Origin: Blastocatellia bacterium
Lineage (GTDB): Bacteria; Acidobacteriota; Blastocatellia; UBA7656
Length of the DNA stretch: 64,000 bases
NCBI GenBank assembly: GCA_035258805.1
Contig: DATFWY010000099.1
Coordinates: forward strand, 5,357 to 69,356
Direction of reading: 5' to 3'
Translations under genes and position numbers: made by a program
Shown here: positions 18,522-28,543 of the stretch, piece after piece
How the letters are laid out: every line of letters starts with the position of its first letter
Numbering within the stretch: position 1 is the stretch's first letter
The notes under the pieces: model-generated
What the model saw: only the letters and a program-made list of their open reading frames with translations
Databases searched by the model: none
What the model was told of the DNA's origin: nothing

Positions 18522-19977
18522 CGCTCAGATCAATGGGGCCTACTTCTTCGGGTCTGCCTACGTTTTGATCGAGCGAGATCGGCCAGTACTTAATTCGCAA
18601 TTCGAGGCCACCCCCATTCTGACGGAACATCAACAGAACGACGTGATTGCCTTTTTGACCATGGATCTTTGAGCACGGAAAGCGACCTCCGAAAACATCA
18701 GAGGCCAGGAAGGTCGGCGGGTTGGCTGGCTCCGAATGCCGCGGCCAGGGATTTGTAGATCCGAACAGTCCCCCGAAGAATGCCCCTACCCTCCTTGCCT
18801 GATCATGGCCGATCGTGGTGACCAGCGAGGCGGGTGATGAGATGACCTCACTGAAGGCAATTCGGCCGGTGTGTATATCTATCGACGTGACTACTCGTCC
18901 CCAGTGGACGTCGCCCGTGAGCAAGAGCACTGGACGCCCCGCATCGGCCAATCTCTGAAGGCTCGCCATGATTTGGTTGTAGTCGCCGTAGTTCGCCAGT
19001 TCAAAGTCCCCGATGCCCCCGCTAAGTTCCCCGGCTGCCGGCGAAAGAAGCGATTGACCGGAGATAAATACGCCGAATTGTTGCCTCTCTATAACCTGAG
19101 ACACCCAATCATCAAGTTGCTGGTGAACTTCGTCGGTCATGGTAAAGCGCCGGTTGAAGTCCTTGTTGCTACGTGTATCGGCCACGAAGAACGAAAGAGG
19201 CTCGACTTCCACGATCGTCGGTTCACCCAACTTCGCTGGGTATGGCAGTTGAAAGCCCTCATAAACCGCCTGAGCTGCACTCCGCCACCTCGTTCTGCTT
19301 TCCTCCTTGAAGCTGTTTTGAATGAACGGACTCACGTGCGGATAGTTGTTCCAGTACTCGTGATCATCTGGTATCGAGACGCCAGGCGCCGCAGACAGGA
19401 CGCCCGTGTATCCCAGAGGCCCTCGCCAGTTCATCGTGTAGTCTTGCTCAAACTTCGCTGCCAGCCACGTTGCATTATCAGGAAAGTCCTTCAGAGTGGG
19501 GAGGTCCAGGTACACCTGATCTCCCGCCAGAAGCGTCATATGAGGTAACGATGTAGCTTTAAGTTGCGAGACGATTGTGCTGGCAAGGCCGCCACGATCC
19601 TCTGCCTGGTGAAAGCAGGAGACAAGCAACACGTTGAACGTCCGGTCGAGCTGCGACGGTACGACATCCGGCAACGTACGGGTTTCGAGCATTTTGGATT
19701 CGTTGTCGACTGTTACCTGAATTCTGTACAGCGTATCCGGTGTAAGCCCGGAAAACTCGTAGACTCCAGCGAAGGCTCGGGGCATATTCTCGGGAGCGGT
19801 ATCCGTCGGAAGTAAATTGTCGGGACGCACGCTGCTTAATTCTCTGAGCGCGATCGGAGCTGCGGGTGAATCATCAATAATCCACGTAATCAACGGCGGC
19901 GCCGTGACATCGAAGACACCAATCCAGACTCGCAAGCGATCAGCAGGGGCCACTCTCGGGTATAAGAGTATGTCCAT
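18514..19977 (-). CDS. PhoD-like metallophosphatase (phosphodiesterase/alkaline phosphatase D family), apparently cytoplasmic
   Basis: Calcineurin-like motifs in PhoD order: LAGDQVYLD, IPDDHEYWNNYP, LLLTGDVHWGRV. No signal or Tat peptide at the N-terminus. Confidence 0.6.
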   Translation of the reverse strand: MDILLYPRVAPADRLRVWIGVFDVTAPPLITWIIDDSPAAPIALRELSSVRPDNLLPTDTAPENMPRAFAGVYEFSGLTPDTLYRIQVTVDNESKMLETRTLPDVVPSQLDRTFNVLLVSCFHQAEDRGGLASTIVSQLKATSLPHMTLLAGDQVYLDLPTLKDFPDNATWLAAKFEQDYTMNWRGPLGYTGVLSAAPGVSIPDDHEYWNNYPHVSPFIQNSFKEESRTRWRSAAQAVYEGFQLPYPAKLGEPTIVEVEPLSFFVADTRSNKDFNRRFTMTDEVHQQLDDWVSQVIERQQFGVFISGQSLLSPAAGELSGGIGDFELANYGDYNQIMASLQRLADAGRPVLLLTGDVHWGRVVTSIDIHTGRIAFSEVISSPASLVTTIGHDQARRVGAFFGGLFGSTNPWPRHSEPANPPTFLASDVFGGRFPCSKIHGQKGNHVVLLMFRQNGGGLELRIKYWPISLDQNVGRPEEVGPIDLSVA

Positions 19978-20009
19978 TTACACTCGCCGGAAGGTTCTTC
20001 GATGCTGGA

Positions 20010-20969
20010 TCAGACGACAAAACTATATCCAGGGTCGATCGCCTGATGGGCAATCAAAATGTCGTGTACCGCATACGGATGGGTTTCGATTCCAGTGATC
20101 TTGTGCTCAATCACCTGGAATAGATGTTCCAGTCCCGAGACCGGATCTATGTCGATATCGACGACGCACTCATCCCCCTTCAGGAAGTAGGTGAGCTGAA
20201 GGTTGCCGAATTTGTCTGGCGTCTTAAAACTACCGGCATGTTCAAATCCAACGAATTGTGGGGGCAAATGGTGAAGTCCTTCCGGCGCAGATTTGAACAG
20301 CCCGGCTACTGCCGCGTTCTTGGTTTCTTCCCTCAACTCCCTGGGTACGAAAGCAAAGAAACGATCGCCGCGGATCTCAATGATGCTCTGGATGAATGGC
20401 AAGACCGTCTTTCCGCCTACAAGCGGAGTCGCCGCACATTTTGCGGTAAGGTTCAAAACATTTGACTTGCGAACGTCATCCAGGGCGTCATAAAGACCCG
20501 CTCCCTCTTTTCCCGCAAAAGAAAAAACGTTACTGCTGTTATTGAGGAGATTACTCGTGGCAGGCAGCAATTCCGCGAATGGCGGAAAGGTCACGTCGAT
20601 GACCTTCCCGGGGTCAATCGCGAAACTGATCTCTAAGTCAGTGATTCCACTTGCTTCGAGATTTACAAAACGACTGGTCGGCAGATACGCGGAGGGATCT
20701 ATCTCAATACGGTAAAGACCCTGAGGCGCGCCAAACAGTTCCTTAATCAGTATTCTTTTTGATGCATCCAGGCCATTAAACCTGGGTGCGTGGTTGAGAA
20801 CCTGGTGACGCAGGCTGATGTCTGTCTTTCCTCCAATTCGCTCGTCCTTAACGTTAACCAGGTCCAATCGCAGCTGCCCTTGTTTTTCGTCTGTGCTCAT
20901 CCTGGAGTTCTCCTTCTGAGTGCGGCGAGAGATGTCTGGAACTTTGTCGAGCCGCTGATATGTTCCCAA
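20010..20969 (-). CDS. Hypothetical protein
   Basis: 319-aa ORF with no recognised domain. An internal start at MSTDEKQ (about 20900) is possible. First gene of a co-directional four-gene cluster. Confidence 0.45.
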   Translation of the reverse strand: MGTYQRLDKVPDISRRTQKENSRMSTDEKQGQLRLDLVNVKDERIGGKTDISLRHQVLNHAPRFNGLDASKRILIKELFGAPQGLYRIEIDPSAYLPTSRFVNLEASGITDLEISFAIDPGKVIDVTFPPFAELLPATSNLLNNSSNVFSFAGKEGAGLYDALDDVRKSNVLNLTAKCAATPLVGGKTVLPFIQSIIEIRGDRFFAFVPRELREETKNAAVAGLFKSAPEGLHHLPPQFVGFEHAGSFKTPDKFGNLQLTYFLKGDECVVDIDIDPVSGLEHLFQVIEHKITGIETHPYAVHDILIAHQAIDPGYSFVV

Positions 20970-21197
20970 TGCTACAGACGAAAGTCACTCAACGAATGAT
21001 GCATAACTAGTAAAAGAATGCAAAAGGCTCAAGCCTGCTACAGGACACACCTGCGCTCTATCCTGAATTAGTTCCCACCGAGGTTGCGTCTATTAAATAA
21101 AAGGAGGAAACCAGCTCCGACGTATTTTTTGGCGCCGATATGTCTGACGAAGTCGCCAGCGGTTACGCGCCCACCGCGTTGACCAAGGAGGAAAACA

Positions 21198-22511
21198 ATG
21201 TGTGCGGACATCATATTCGAACCTTTGAAGTTCAAGAACCTGACCGTTAAGAATCGCATCTTTCGTTCTAATGTCTCCGGCCGCTTTGACAATTATGACG
21301 GCTCGGGGAATCAGGCGCGAATCAACTGGGAAGTCAAATTCGCGCGCGGGGGGGTTGGGGCGATCGTGTCATCATTCGTACCCGTGCAACTCCGGGGCCG
21401 GATCGTACCCAATTACGCGACAATAGATCGGGACGAGCGCATACCATTCTGGCGAGAGCTTGGGAAGAAAGTTCACGAATACGATTGCAAATACATTCTG
21501 CAGCTCAGCCACGGAGGCCGGCAGCGGGACATTCAGGGCATCGAGTATCCAAAGGGGTTGAGCTCGACTGACAAACCAGAGCCGATTCACGGTTTCGAGT
21601 GCGAGCGGATGACGGTCGAGCAAATCCACGACACCGTTAACGCGTTTGCCGAGGGCGCGCGACGCGCGAGAGAGGCCGGGCTCGACGGGGTCGAATTGCA
21701 CGGCGCGAACGGCTACTTGATAACACAATTCCTCAGTTCAGCGATCAATGACCGGAAGGATGACTACGGCGGCACGCTGGCCAATCGCGCCCGGTTTGTA
21801 CGCGAAATTGTGCGCGCGATTCGCGCTAAGGTCGGATCGGACTTTCATCTGCAGATGAAAATAAGCGCAACCGAATACAACGACGCGATGCTTCCGTTCG
21901 AAGGAAAGGGGAACACCATCGAAGACTCGATACAAGTGTGCAAGTGGCTCGAGGAAGATGGGGTCGATGCGATACACGTCTCAACAGGCAGTTCGTTTCC
22001 GCATCCGCGCAACCCGGCGGGTCCATTTCCGCTCGAAGATCTGATCAAGACTTACGACACTATGATTTCGAGCGGTCAGCACACCTATCGCAATTTCGTT
22101 CTGTTCCGCACATGGCCTGCGAACCAGTTGTTTAAAGCCCGATGGGACCGTGCCACCGGAGATCAAATCGAAGGGATAAACCTGCCGGACGCTCGTTCCA
22201 TCAAGAAGGCTGTTGGCGTGCCGGTCATTTGTACCGGGGGCTTCCAAACCGCTTCGGTGATTAGGGGCGCGATCAACGACGGGTCTTGTGATGCGGTGTC
22301 GATCGCCCGCCCGTTGATCGCCAATAACGACCTTGTGAAGATGTTTGAACAAGGAATGGACCGGGCGCCGCAGCCCTGCACCTATTGCAATAAGTGCCTG
22401 GTTAATGTGGTTGAGAATCCTCTGGGATGCTACGAAGAGTCCCGGTTTAAGTCACGGGATGAAATGATCCAGCAGATTATGTCGGTGTTCAGCCCGCCAC
22501 CATTTGCTTGA
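21198..22511 (+). CDS. NADH:flavin oxidoreductase, Old Yellow Enzyme family
   Basis: 437 aa with the OYE TIM-barrel signature (QLSHGGRQ, HGANGYLITQFLS) and a C-terminal Cys-rich tail (CTYCNKC). Confidence 0.85.
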   Translation: MCADIIFEPLKFKNLTVKNRIFRSNVSGRFDNYDGSGNQARINWEVKFARGGVGAIVSSFVPVQLRGRIVPNYATIDRDERIPFWRELGKKVHEYDCKYILQLSHGGRQRDIQGIEYPKGLSSTDKPEPIHGFECERMTVEQIHDTVNAFAEGARRAREAGLDGVELHGANGYLITQFLSSAINDRKDDYGGTLANRARFVREIVRAIRAKVGSDFHLQMKISATEYNDAMLPFEGKGNTIEDSIQVCKWLEEDGVDAIHVSTGSSFPHPRNPAGPFPLEDLIKTYDTMISSGQHTYRNFVLFRTWPANQLFKARWDRATGDQIEGINLPDARSIKKAVGVPVICTGGFQTASVIRGAINDGSCDAVSIARPLIANNDLVKMFEQGMDRAPQPCTYCNKCLVNVVENPLGCYEESRFKSRDEMIQQIMSVFSPPPFA

Positions 22512-22738
22512 ACGCTTCGAGGCGCCGTCGGAAGGCTTGCGGCTTAGCGTAAACCGCGCTTTTGCGCGAAGTTGTCTATCGAAAACTAGTGGGCTGTATA
22601 AGAGACTTCGCTAGTGATTGCTCAACGCCTCCACCGACACAGGGAGACTGTGCGAAAAGTCCAAATCCACCCACGGCAGGGTCGGTGGAGGCGTTAAAGC
22701 AGACACACTAGCGAAATCTCTGATACAGTCCACTGTTT

Positions 22739-23620
22739 TCAGATTTCGACACTTCGTTCGAGATGCGCAACATAGTTTACCGGTGCGTGATCGGCGATCG
22801 GTTCCGGTGCGTCGGTAAATAGCTTGTGCCAGTCAGGGAAAAATGCAAGGCGATCTCTCTTCAACCGATCTCGCGCCACTGTGTCGTCATCCGGATTGGT
22901 CAACACATCGCCATCGTGAGTTATATAGTGCAATTCGCCAATATGATGAAACGGTACCGGTGGAGGGACAACCGTGACCACGTCGCGATTGTTCACTACT
23001 CGATAGATGCTGATGCCGTTAAGCGACTGGGCAAATTCGCTATCCCCGACGCGCGGAGACCCAAAATCGTAAAGCACACGAGGCTTGAACAACGACGCTG
23101 CCAAGGTAGCCAAAGCAGCTCCAAGGCTGTGACCGGCGATGAAAAGAGGACAGCCCGACGGGACATTCTGTTTGAGCGATGCTGTAATTCTGCTCTGGAC
23201 CAGCTCAATCGCTTCGGCGAATCCCTCATGCACGAATCCTCCCGCGGGCCACGAGACTGGAAATGCTCTAAAGTCGGTCAGCCAGTCCATCAAATCGGTT
23301 GTTCCGCGAAAGATCAGCGCCGCGAAGCTGGACGAATTCATAGGTTTTATTAGCGCAGCTTCGGTATCACCTTCATTGAAAAACTCCACCTCCTGGAGAT
23401 TCACGGATTCAAGTATCTCCTGGCGCGACGGCCCGGTCGCGTCACCGGATTCATCGATGTCCTCTCGGTAGATCAGCCGGCACAGTTCAGCCAGCCACCA
23501 GGCATTGATCTTGCTGTACGAAGTAGCATCAGCCTCAAATTTCAAATCGCTCAGTTTGTCAAAATACAACGTTGCCTTGCCTGGTTTCAGCACCGCGTCC
23601 CAACTGTTGTCGAAATTCAT
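22739..23620 (-). CDS. Class 3 (fungal-type) lipase family alpha/beta hydrolase
   Basis: The nucleophile elbow GHSLGAALATLAA and the lipase_3 domain layout. 293 aa. Confidence 0.75.
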   Translation of the reverse strand: MNFDNSWDAVLKPGKATLYFDKLSDLKFEADATSYSKINAWWLAELCRLIYREDIDESGDATGPSRQEILESVNLQEVEFFNEGDTEAALIKPMNSSSFAALIFRGTTDLMDWLTDFRAFPVSWPAGGFVHEGFAEAIELVQSRITASLKQNVPSGCPLFIAGHSLGAALATLAASLFKPRVLYDFGSPRVGDSEFAQSLNGISIYRVVNNRDVVTVVPPPVPFHHIGELHYITHDGDVLTNPDDDTVARDRLKRDRLAFFPDWHKLFTDAPEPIADHAPVNYVAHLERSVEI

Positions 23621-23695
23621 AAGCCCTCTTTGACTGAATCATTCTGCAATTTGGACAGTGATACTTGCGCAGATTGGCAGTGCATCCCAGCTCGT

Positions 23696-25471
23696 TTACT
23701 TCTTAGGCCACGGCTTGAAAGCATTGTCCAGTTGTTCCACGACTGGACCAAGAGCAGGAATATGCCGTCTCAAAACGGTTCTCATGTTGTTATCCTCGAT
23801 CCACTTTAAGCCGGTTTTAGTGTAAGTCTTTTCGTTGTAGTCAGTAGTAAAGAAGCGATCGCTTTGCAATCGACGAGAGGCCATGAGGATGAAAATGCGA
23901 AACGCGGTTTCGCTGAAGCCAAAACCCTCAGGCGGATCTTCGGCATACATCCCGACCATCAGGTCCACTTTGTTGATGTCGCCGTTGTACACACGTCTGA
24001 TCTGTTCCACCCATTCTTTATTGCTCGACAAGTCCTCGAACTTCTCTACCGGCTCCTTGTCGATAAGTTTGAGGAACTCGTTGTAGCGGGGGACACCACG
24101 TTCACGATCACGAAGTATATCCACGGTCGCCAAATCGATCGTCGGAGCATCCGTACGTTCCAGACGCTGCAAAAACCGCGGGTAATTGTGCAACTTGATC
24201 GCGCCCGGGTGCATTTGCCCGAACGAATAAAACAGATCCGCCATCGAGAACTTAGTCATAAGCTCGCGAGCGCGCTTTTCTGCAACGTCGGGCAGCGTGC
24301 GCTGGTCAACTACCTGGCCCGTGGAGAACGACCGAAAGCTAAAGTCGTCGGGCATCAGCGGGTGCATCCGGTACACTGCCACAAATTCTTCGGTGATCGA
24401 ATAAGGCGCAGCGTGGTGCTCGGCCTTCGAGCGACGGATGGTCAGCCAATTTGCATTCATCCCCGCTTCGACCGTTGGGTGCGCGACTATGGCAGGTGTC
24501 CACTCAATCGTATGAATCTTAGCCATCAGCGCGGCGTTTATCAGCCGGGCGCGATCGAAGAGTTCCTGGTCGGTCCAGGAAGCAAATTCAGAGCGGAGGC
24601 GTTCGGCGATTGCATTGTGCTCCAGGGTGAACAGCGTATGGAGCATCGCAAGTCCAACCCACCAGTTTCCGGTAACGCCAGAAATATCGACTCCACTGTG
24701 TGGATCAAGCGGAAGAAGGTTGTCGCTTCCAAGCTTGAGCTTTCCGTCGACGCCCAGGCGCACTCTTGTCTGAGTCTCGGGGTCGCTCCCGTAGATTTGC
24801 GAGCCATCCCACCAGTGAGTCTCGGTGTTGGTGTAGGTCGGCACCGGACTGGTTGAGCTGGGCGGTCGGGTCGGATCGTGGCGAGTACGGCGCACCTGCA
24901 TCGGTCGTTCAGGCCACGGATCGTCCCCGCTGAGAGGGATCTCCATTGGATCGTTTCTTTCGTTGTTCCCGTGGCTTATCCAGTCGTGTACTTCAAACTG
25001 GATCCATGCCGCCGCCAATAGATTGAGCGAAGTCGCCGGCTGAAACTCTTTGCGAGTCATTAATTCGAGGCTCACTGTTCGGGGGCTCGGAGTAAGCAGC
25101 GCGTCTTGATCCGGAATCACCCGATCCAGCGGGACGTTTCGACCAAAGCGGGCCCCGGCGCATCCCATCCTTGGCTGGTCCAAATCGTTATAGGTTCCGT
25201 CAACGGTGCGCGACGTCCGCTGCGGGACACCGGGTTTGCCCAATGGAGGCTGCTCAATGGATTCAATCTTCCCTGCGTCGTAAAGGTTGTCCTTTCTCAG
25301 CTTTTCGCGGATGCGGAAGACGCGCGCCAATCCTAGAAATACCGGGAGTTTATACCAGGGGATCCAGCCGGTGAATAACCCGGTAACTCGTCCAAAAGTA
25401 TTTGAAAATATGTTGGCCATCACGAGGTCCTCTGAAATGGCATTTTCGACCTGGACACGATAATCCCACAA
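23696..25471 (-). CDS. Animal-haem-peroxidase family protein, fatty-acid alpha-dioxygenase / linoleate diol synthase-like
   Basis: 591 aa. AAWIQFEVHDWISH closely resembles the distal-His block of plant alpha-dioxygenases (WIQFMIHDW). The rest matches An_peroxidase architecture. Confidence 0.75.
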   Translation of the reverse strand: MWDYRVQVENAISEDLVMANIFSNTFGRVTGLFTGWIPWYKLPVFLGLARVFRIREKLRKDNLYDAGKIESIEQPPLGKPGVPQRTSRTVDGTYNDLDQPRMGCAGARFGRNVPLDRVIPDQDALLTPSPRTVSLELMTRKEFQPATSLNLLAAAWIQFEVHDWISHGNNERNDPMEIPLSGDDPWPERPMQVRRTRHDPTRPPSSTSPVPTYTNTETHWWDGSQIYGSDPETQTRVRLGVDGKLKLGSDNLLPLDPHSGVDISGVTGNWWVGLAMLHTLFTLEHNAIAERLRSEFASWTDQELFDRARLINAALMAKIHTIEWTPAIVAHPTVEAGMNANWLTIRRSKAEHHAAPYSITEEFVAVYRMHPLMPDDFSFRSFSTGQVVDQRTLPDVAEKRARELMTKFSMADLFYSFGQMHPGAIKLHNYPRFLQRLERTDAPTIDLATVDILRDRERGVPRYNEFLKLIDKEPVEKFEDLSSNKEWVEQIRRVYNGDINKVDLMVGMYAEDPPEGFGFSETAFRIFILMASRRLQSDRFFTTDYNEKTYTKTGLKWIEDNNMRTVLRRHIPALGPVVEQLDNAFKPWPKK

Positions 25472-25940
25472 TGTCGAGGCTTTTGCTCTCTTACTATGAC
25501 GTAATCGAGTTCCGTAGTTATTCTTTTATAAGGAGGTCCAGGTTAAACTGCGTTGGAAGCGGGATCGACCCTGCTTGATTGGACCGCCTAACAAGGGCAT
25601 TTCCCGGTATCAACTCGCGGCCCGGTGATGCCAGCCGTAAGGTGCTATGCTGGTGTTAGCCGATGAGGATCTGGAATGTGTCTTGTTATCACAGTTGAAC
25701 TTTTCGAGGACGGAGCGTCGACAACCCGATGGTGCGAGACCACCTTGCTACCAACGATGCCATCCAACCCAGCGGCCGGAGAATCATATCCGCAAGACAA
25801 TTTTTTTCCAAACAAAAATCGATGAATGGAAGTTTGGGAGACAAGGTGGATTCACTAGCATCGGACCGTCAAAGCTCAAATTATCTGAGTCCCAGCCGTG
25901 CAGGCTTGCAAAACAGTGGTGAGGGGCGTAAAAAATAATT

Positions 25941-26351
25941 GTGGGGAGAGGAAGGAAAGTCTTGCCACGTACAATATTAGTTATTGAAGACGACCCAGAC
26001 GCCAGATTACTTATCAACTCAGTTCTAAGCCAAGCCGGTTATTACGTAGTACTCGCCGCTGATGGTCAGGAGGGCCTCGAAAAAGTGCCTTCGGCGAGTC
26101 CCGACCTGATTGTCACGGATGTGGCGATGCCTCGTTTGAATGGTCTTGGTTTGATACAGGCGATAAGATCCACAGCGGACTACAAAAGCGTACCCATTCT
26201 TGCGATTACCTCGTTTGGAACTGAAAGGGCGGTGGAAGCCCTGAGAGCTGGAGCTAACAGAGCGCTTGCACGACCAGTTCGGAATGAGTTGATGCTTGAG
26301 TTTGTAAACGACTTGCTAAAGTCGAACAATGGGGCTGCGACCGTTACCTGA
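25941..26351 (+). CDS. Stand-alone response regulator receiver (CheY-like) protein
   Basis: ILVIEDDPD...(D)...LIVTDVAMP...K motifs give the D-D-D-T-K receiver layout. No output domain and no adjacent kinase. Confidence 0.8.
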   Translation: MGRGRKVLPRTILVIEDDPDARLLINSVLSQAGYYVVLAADGQEGLEKVPSASPDLIVTDVAMPRLNGLGLIQAIRSTADYKSVPILAITSFGTERAVEALRAGANRALARPVRNELMLEFVNDLLKSNNGAATVT

Positions 26352-26390
26352 GTTAAGTTCATCGCGTCGCGGCTGGGTAAAACCGAGTTT

Positions 26391-27212
26391 TCACCTACCA
26401 AAATAAAGCTTCAGCCAATCTGACCTCACCGCGGACCATCTGTACTTATCGCATTCCCGCTGCCCGCCAGCAGTTAGTTTTTGTGCGAGCAGTCCGTCTT
26501 CGAGCAACCTCGAAGCATTCTCCGCCAGCGCTCGGTAGTCCCTGCATCTAACAACGAGGCCACTTCTGCCGTGCTCCACGATGTAAGGAATCCCACCTGC
26601 ATCAGTGGTGACCACCGGCAAACCAGATGCAAACGCCTCAATTATAGAGCATGGCATATTGTCTATATCGGGACTGTTAAGATAAATGTCGGCAGAATCG
26701 TAGAGTGCATTCATCTGCGAGGGGGCGCCGCGATCGACACCCTTTAACGATTCTTTTGTTTCGGCGAATAAAACGAATGTCTCTGCGATAGAAGTTGATC
26801 GGAGTTGGTGTGTTCTCTCGAGCTGCGTCTTGCAGGGAAACTTCTCTTCGACTATCTGGCGGGCCGCGTTTGCCCATCTCTCGAGCTAGGGCGGGTTGAT
26901 TCAACAGGTAACTGATGCGCTGGGTCATTGCGTCATCGTCGTCCGATCGCACGAGATAACCCGTCTGACTATCCACGACGGCTTCACGCGCGCCGCCGAC
27001 GTCTGTTGCAACCACCGCCCGCGCTGCAGCCATGTATTCCAGAATCGAGTTGGAAAAACCTTCCGCCGTTGACGAAAACACGCATACACTGGAAACACCC
27101 AGGAGATCTCCAATTGACTTACATCGCCCACGAGAGGTAAGTAATCATCTTGATTTTGGTGGAAGTCGGGGCGGCCGTGGTCCGTGTCGAGAGGACCCGG
27201 ATAGCTCGACAT
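26391..27212 (-). pseudogene. Glycosyltransferase family 4 (GT4) C-terminal regions disrupted by frameshifts (at least two EX7E-containing segments)
   Basis: Three overlapping minus-strand ORFs (26391..26714, 26677..27081, 26925..27212) each carry GT4 C-domain sequence: LPLVGDVSQLE; FSSTAEGFSNSILEYMAAARAVVATDVGG; ARQIVEEKF; IAETFVLFAETKESLKGVDRG...SIIEAFASGLPVVTTDAGG. Apparent frame changes lie near 27180, 27085 and 26895. This is either genuine decay or homopolymer sequencing errors. Confidence 0.5.
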
Positions 27213-27981
27213 ATCTCAGTTCTTCTCCATTCTCTACGCACCTCAGCATAAGCCCACCCCTGCTCATATCGCCTCGACCAACAAAATCGATCGGAAAGCA
27301 AAGGCGATCAGAAAAAACATCGGCCAGTACGCTCGTATACTTGGATGTGGCGACGCTTCCGAGAAGCACGAGCTCGCAGCCTTCAGAAATTGATTTGGCG
27401 AGTTCTTGTGCATCGAGCTCGAGGGACTCACGGTACTTCGGATTCTGCTCATGAACTTCGACCTCTGCGATCTCCCTCAGCTGCTGAATCGTGAACATCT
27501 CTTCAGGCGGTAGAAGCCCTCTTCCCGGCGTCACAACCAGGGTACCAGGCAGCCCGGCCGGGGGCTGCGCGAACGCCTGTGAATACGCGAGCTTGCCACG
27601 AAAGTAAAGACCGCTCATAAACGTGAATATTGCTCCAAGACTAGCTCCATTATTTCGTAGCTCCATCGCCAGCGGAAACGCGCTGTGCTCTGACATGAGC
27701 ATCTGACCACGCTTGCCGCCGCAGAATGCCGGAGAAAGTATAAAAATACGATTTAGCATCTTTGATTTCAGGCTCTTCAGGTTAGCGGAAGTACTCCACA
27801 GGTAGTTTCGCGACTGTACCGTAGCTTGTCCAGTCTGCGGTACTTTATATCTGGTTTGACATTTGCACTGAGCAATTAACTCGGATGCAGGTCCTCCGAG
27901 CTGATTAGATGCGAGACGCGAGAGATGGGCCTTGTGTATCCGAAGCCTACAGAAGAGGAGACGCAAAGATGAAATCCGCAA
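27145..27981 (-). CDS. Hypothetical protein, possibly the N-terminal domain of the frameshifted GT4 gene
   Basis: The internal Met region MLNRIFILSPAFCGGKRGQ...FPLAMELRNNGA loosely resembles a GT4 N-terminal GG motif. No firm assignment. Confidence 0.3.
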   Translation of the reverse strand: MRISSLRLLFCRLRIHKAHLSRLASNQLGGPASELIAQCKCQTRYKVPQTGQATVQSRNYLWSTSANLKSLKSKMLNRIFILSPAFCGGKRGQMLMSEHSAFPLAMELRNNGASLGAIFTFMSGLYFRGKLAYSQAFAQPPAGLPGTLVVTPGRGLLPPEEMFTIQQLREIAEVEVHEQNPKYRESLELDAQELAKSISEGCELVLLGSVATSKYTSVLADVFSDRLCFPIDFVGRGDMSRGGLMLRCVENGEELRYVELSGSSRHGPRPPRLPPKSR

Positions 27982-28543
27982 AGAAAAAAAGAATTGCGAA
28001 AGGGCTTGTGGCAGGTCTCGTCGGCGGCTTGGCTGCGTCCTGGTTTATGAACAAATGCCAAACGATGTTGAGCAAGGCGATTCAACACGAGGAAAAGCCT
28101 CATGGCGGCCAATCAGTTCAGCCGGGCCCTGAGCACGGGGCCGCAGCTGAATTGGCAGAGCTCGGACTTGATGATCCCAGGGACAACGCCGCCGAACGAA
28201 CCGTCAACATCGTAGCCGCTAAGGTCTTCAATCACGAATTAACCAAGGACGAAAAGCACCTGGGTGGTGAGATTGCGCATTATGCGTTCGGGGCAACTAC
28301 CGGAGCGATTTATGGTGCGGCATCCGAGTTTATTCCAGAAGCAACCGTTGCGGCCGGATTACCGTTTGGCGCTGCGGTCTGGTTAATCGCCGATGAAATT
28401 TTGGTTCCGGCTCTTGGGCTGTCAAAGTTTCCGACGGAGTACCATTTATCGCAACATCGATATCATTCACGGCGCATTTGGTTTACGGCTTCACCACTGA
28501 TATGTTTCGAAGGGCAGTGCTTATCGCGCTGAGTGCCGCCTGA
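27969..28543 (+). CDS. DUF1440-like membrane protein with an apparent -1 frameshift near 28450
   Basis: Gly-zipper membrane segments (GLVAGLVGGLAAS; GATTGAIYGAASE). After KFPTEY the listed frame reads HLSQHRYHSRRIW. The alternative frame reads PFIATSISFTAHLVYGFTTDMFRRAVLIALSAA, which looks like the native C-terminus ending at TGA 28541..28543. The break falls at a CC/CCC homopolymer. Confidence 0.45.

Noticed and set aside
18871-19548. 225-aa plus-strand ORF inside the PhoD-like gene
   Set aside because: It is antisense to a gene carrying ordered metallophosphatase motifs. No motifs of its own.
23864-24856. 330-aa plus-strand ORF inside the haem peroxidase gene
   Set aside because: It is antisense to a well-supported 591-aa peroxidase and has the typical Arg-rich antisense composition.
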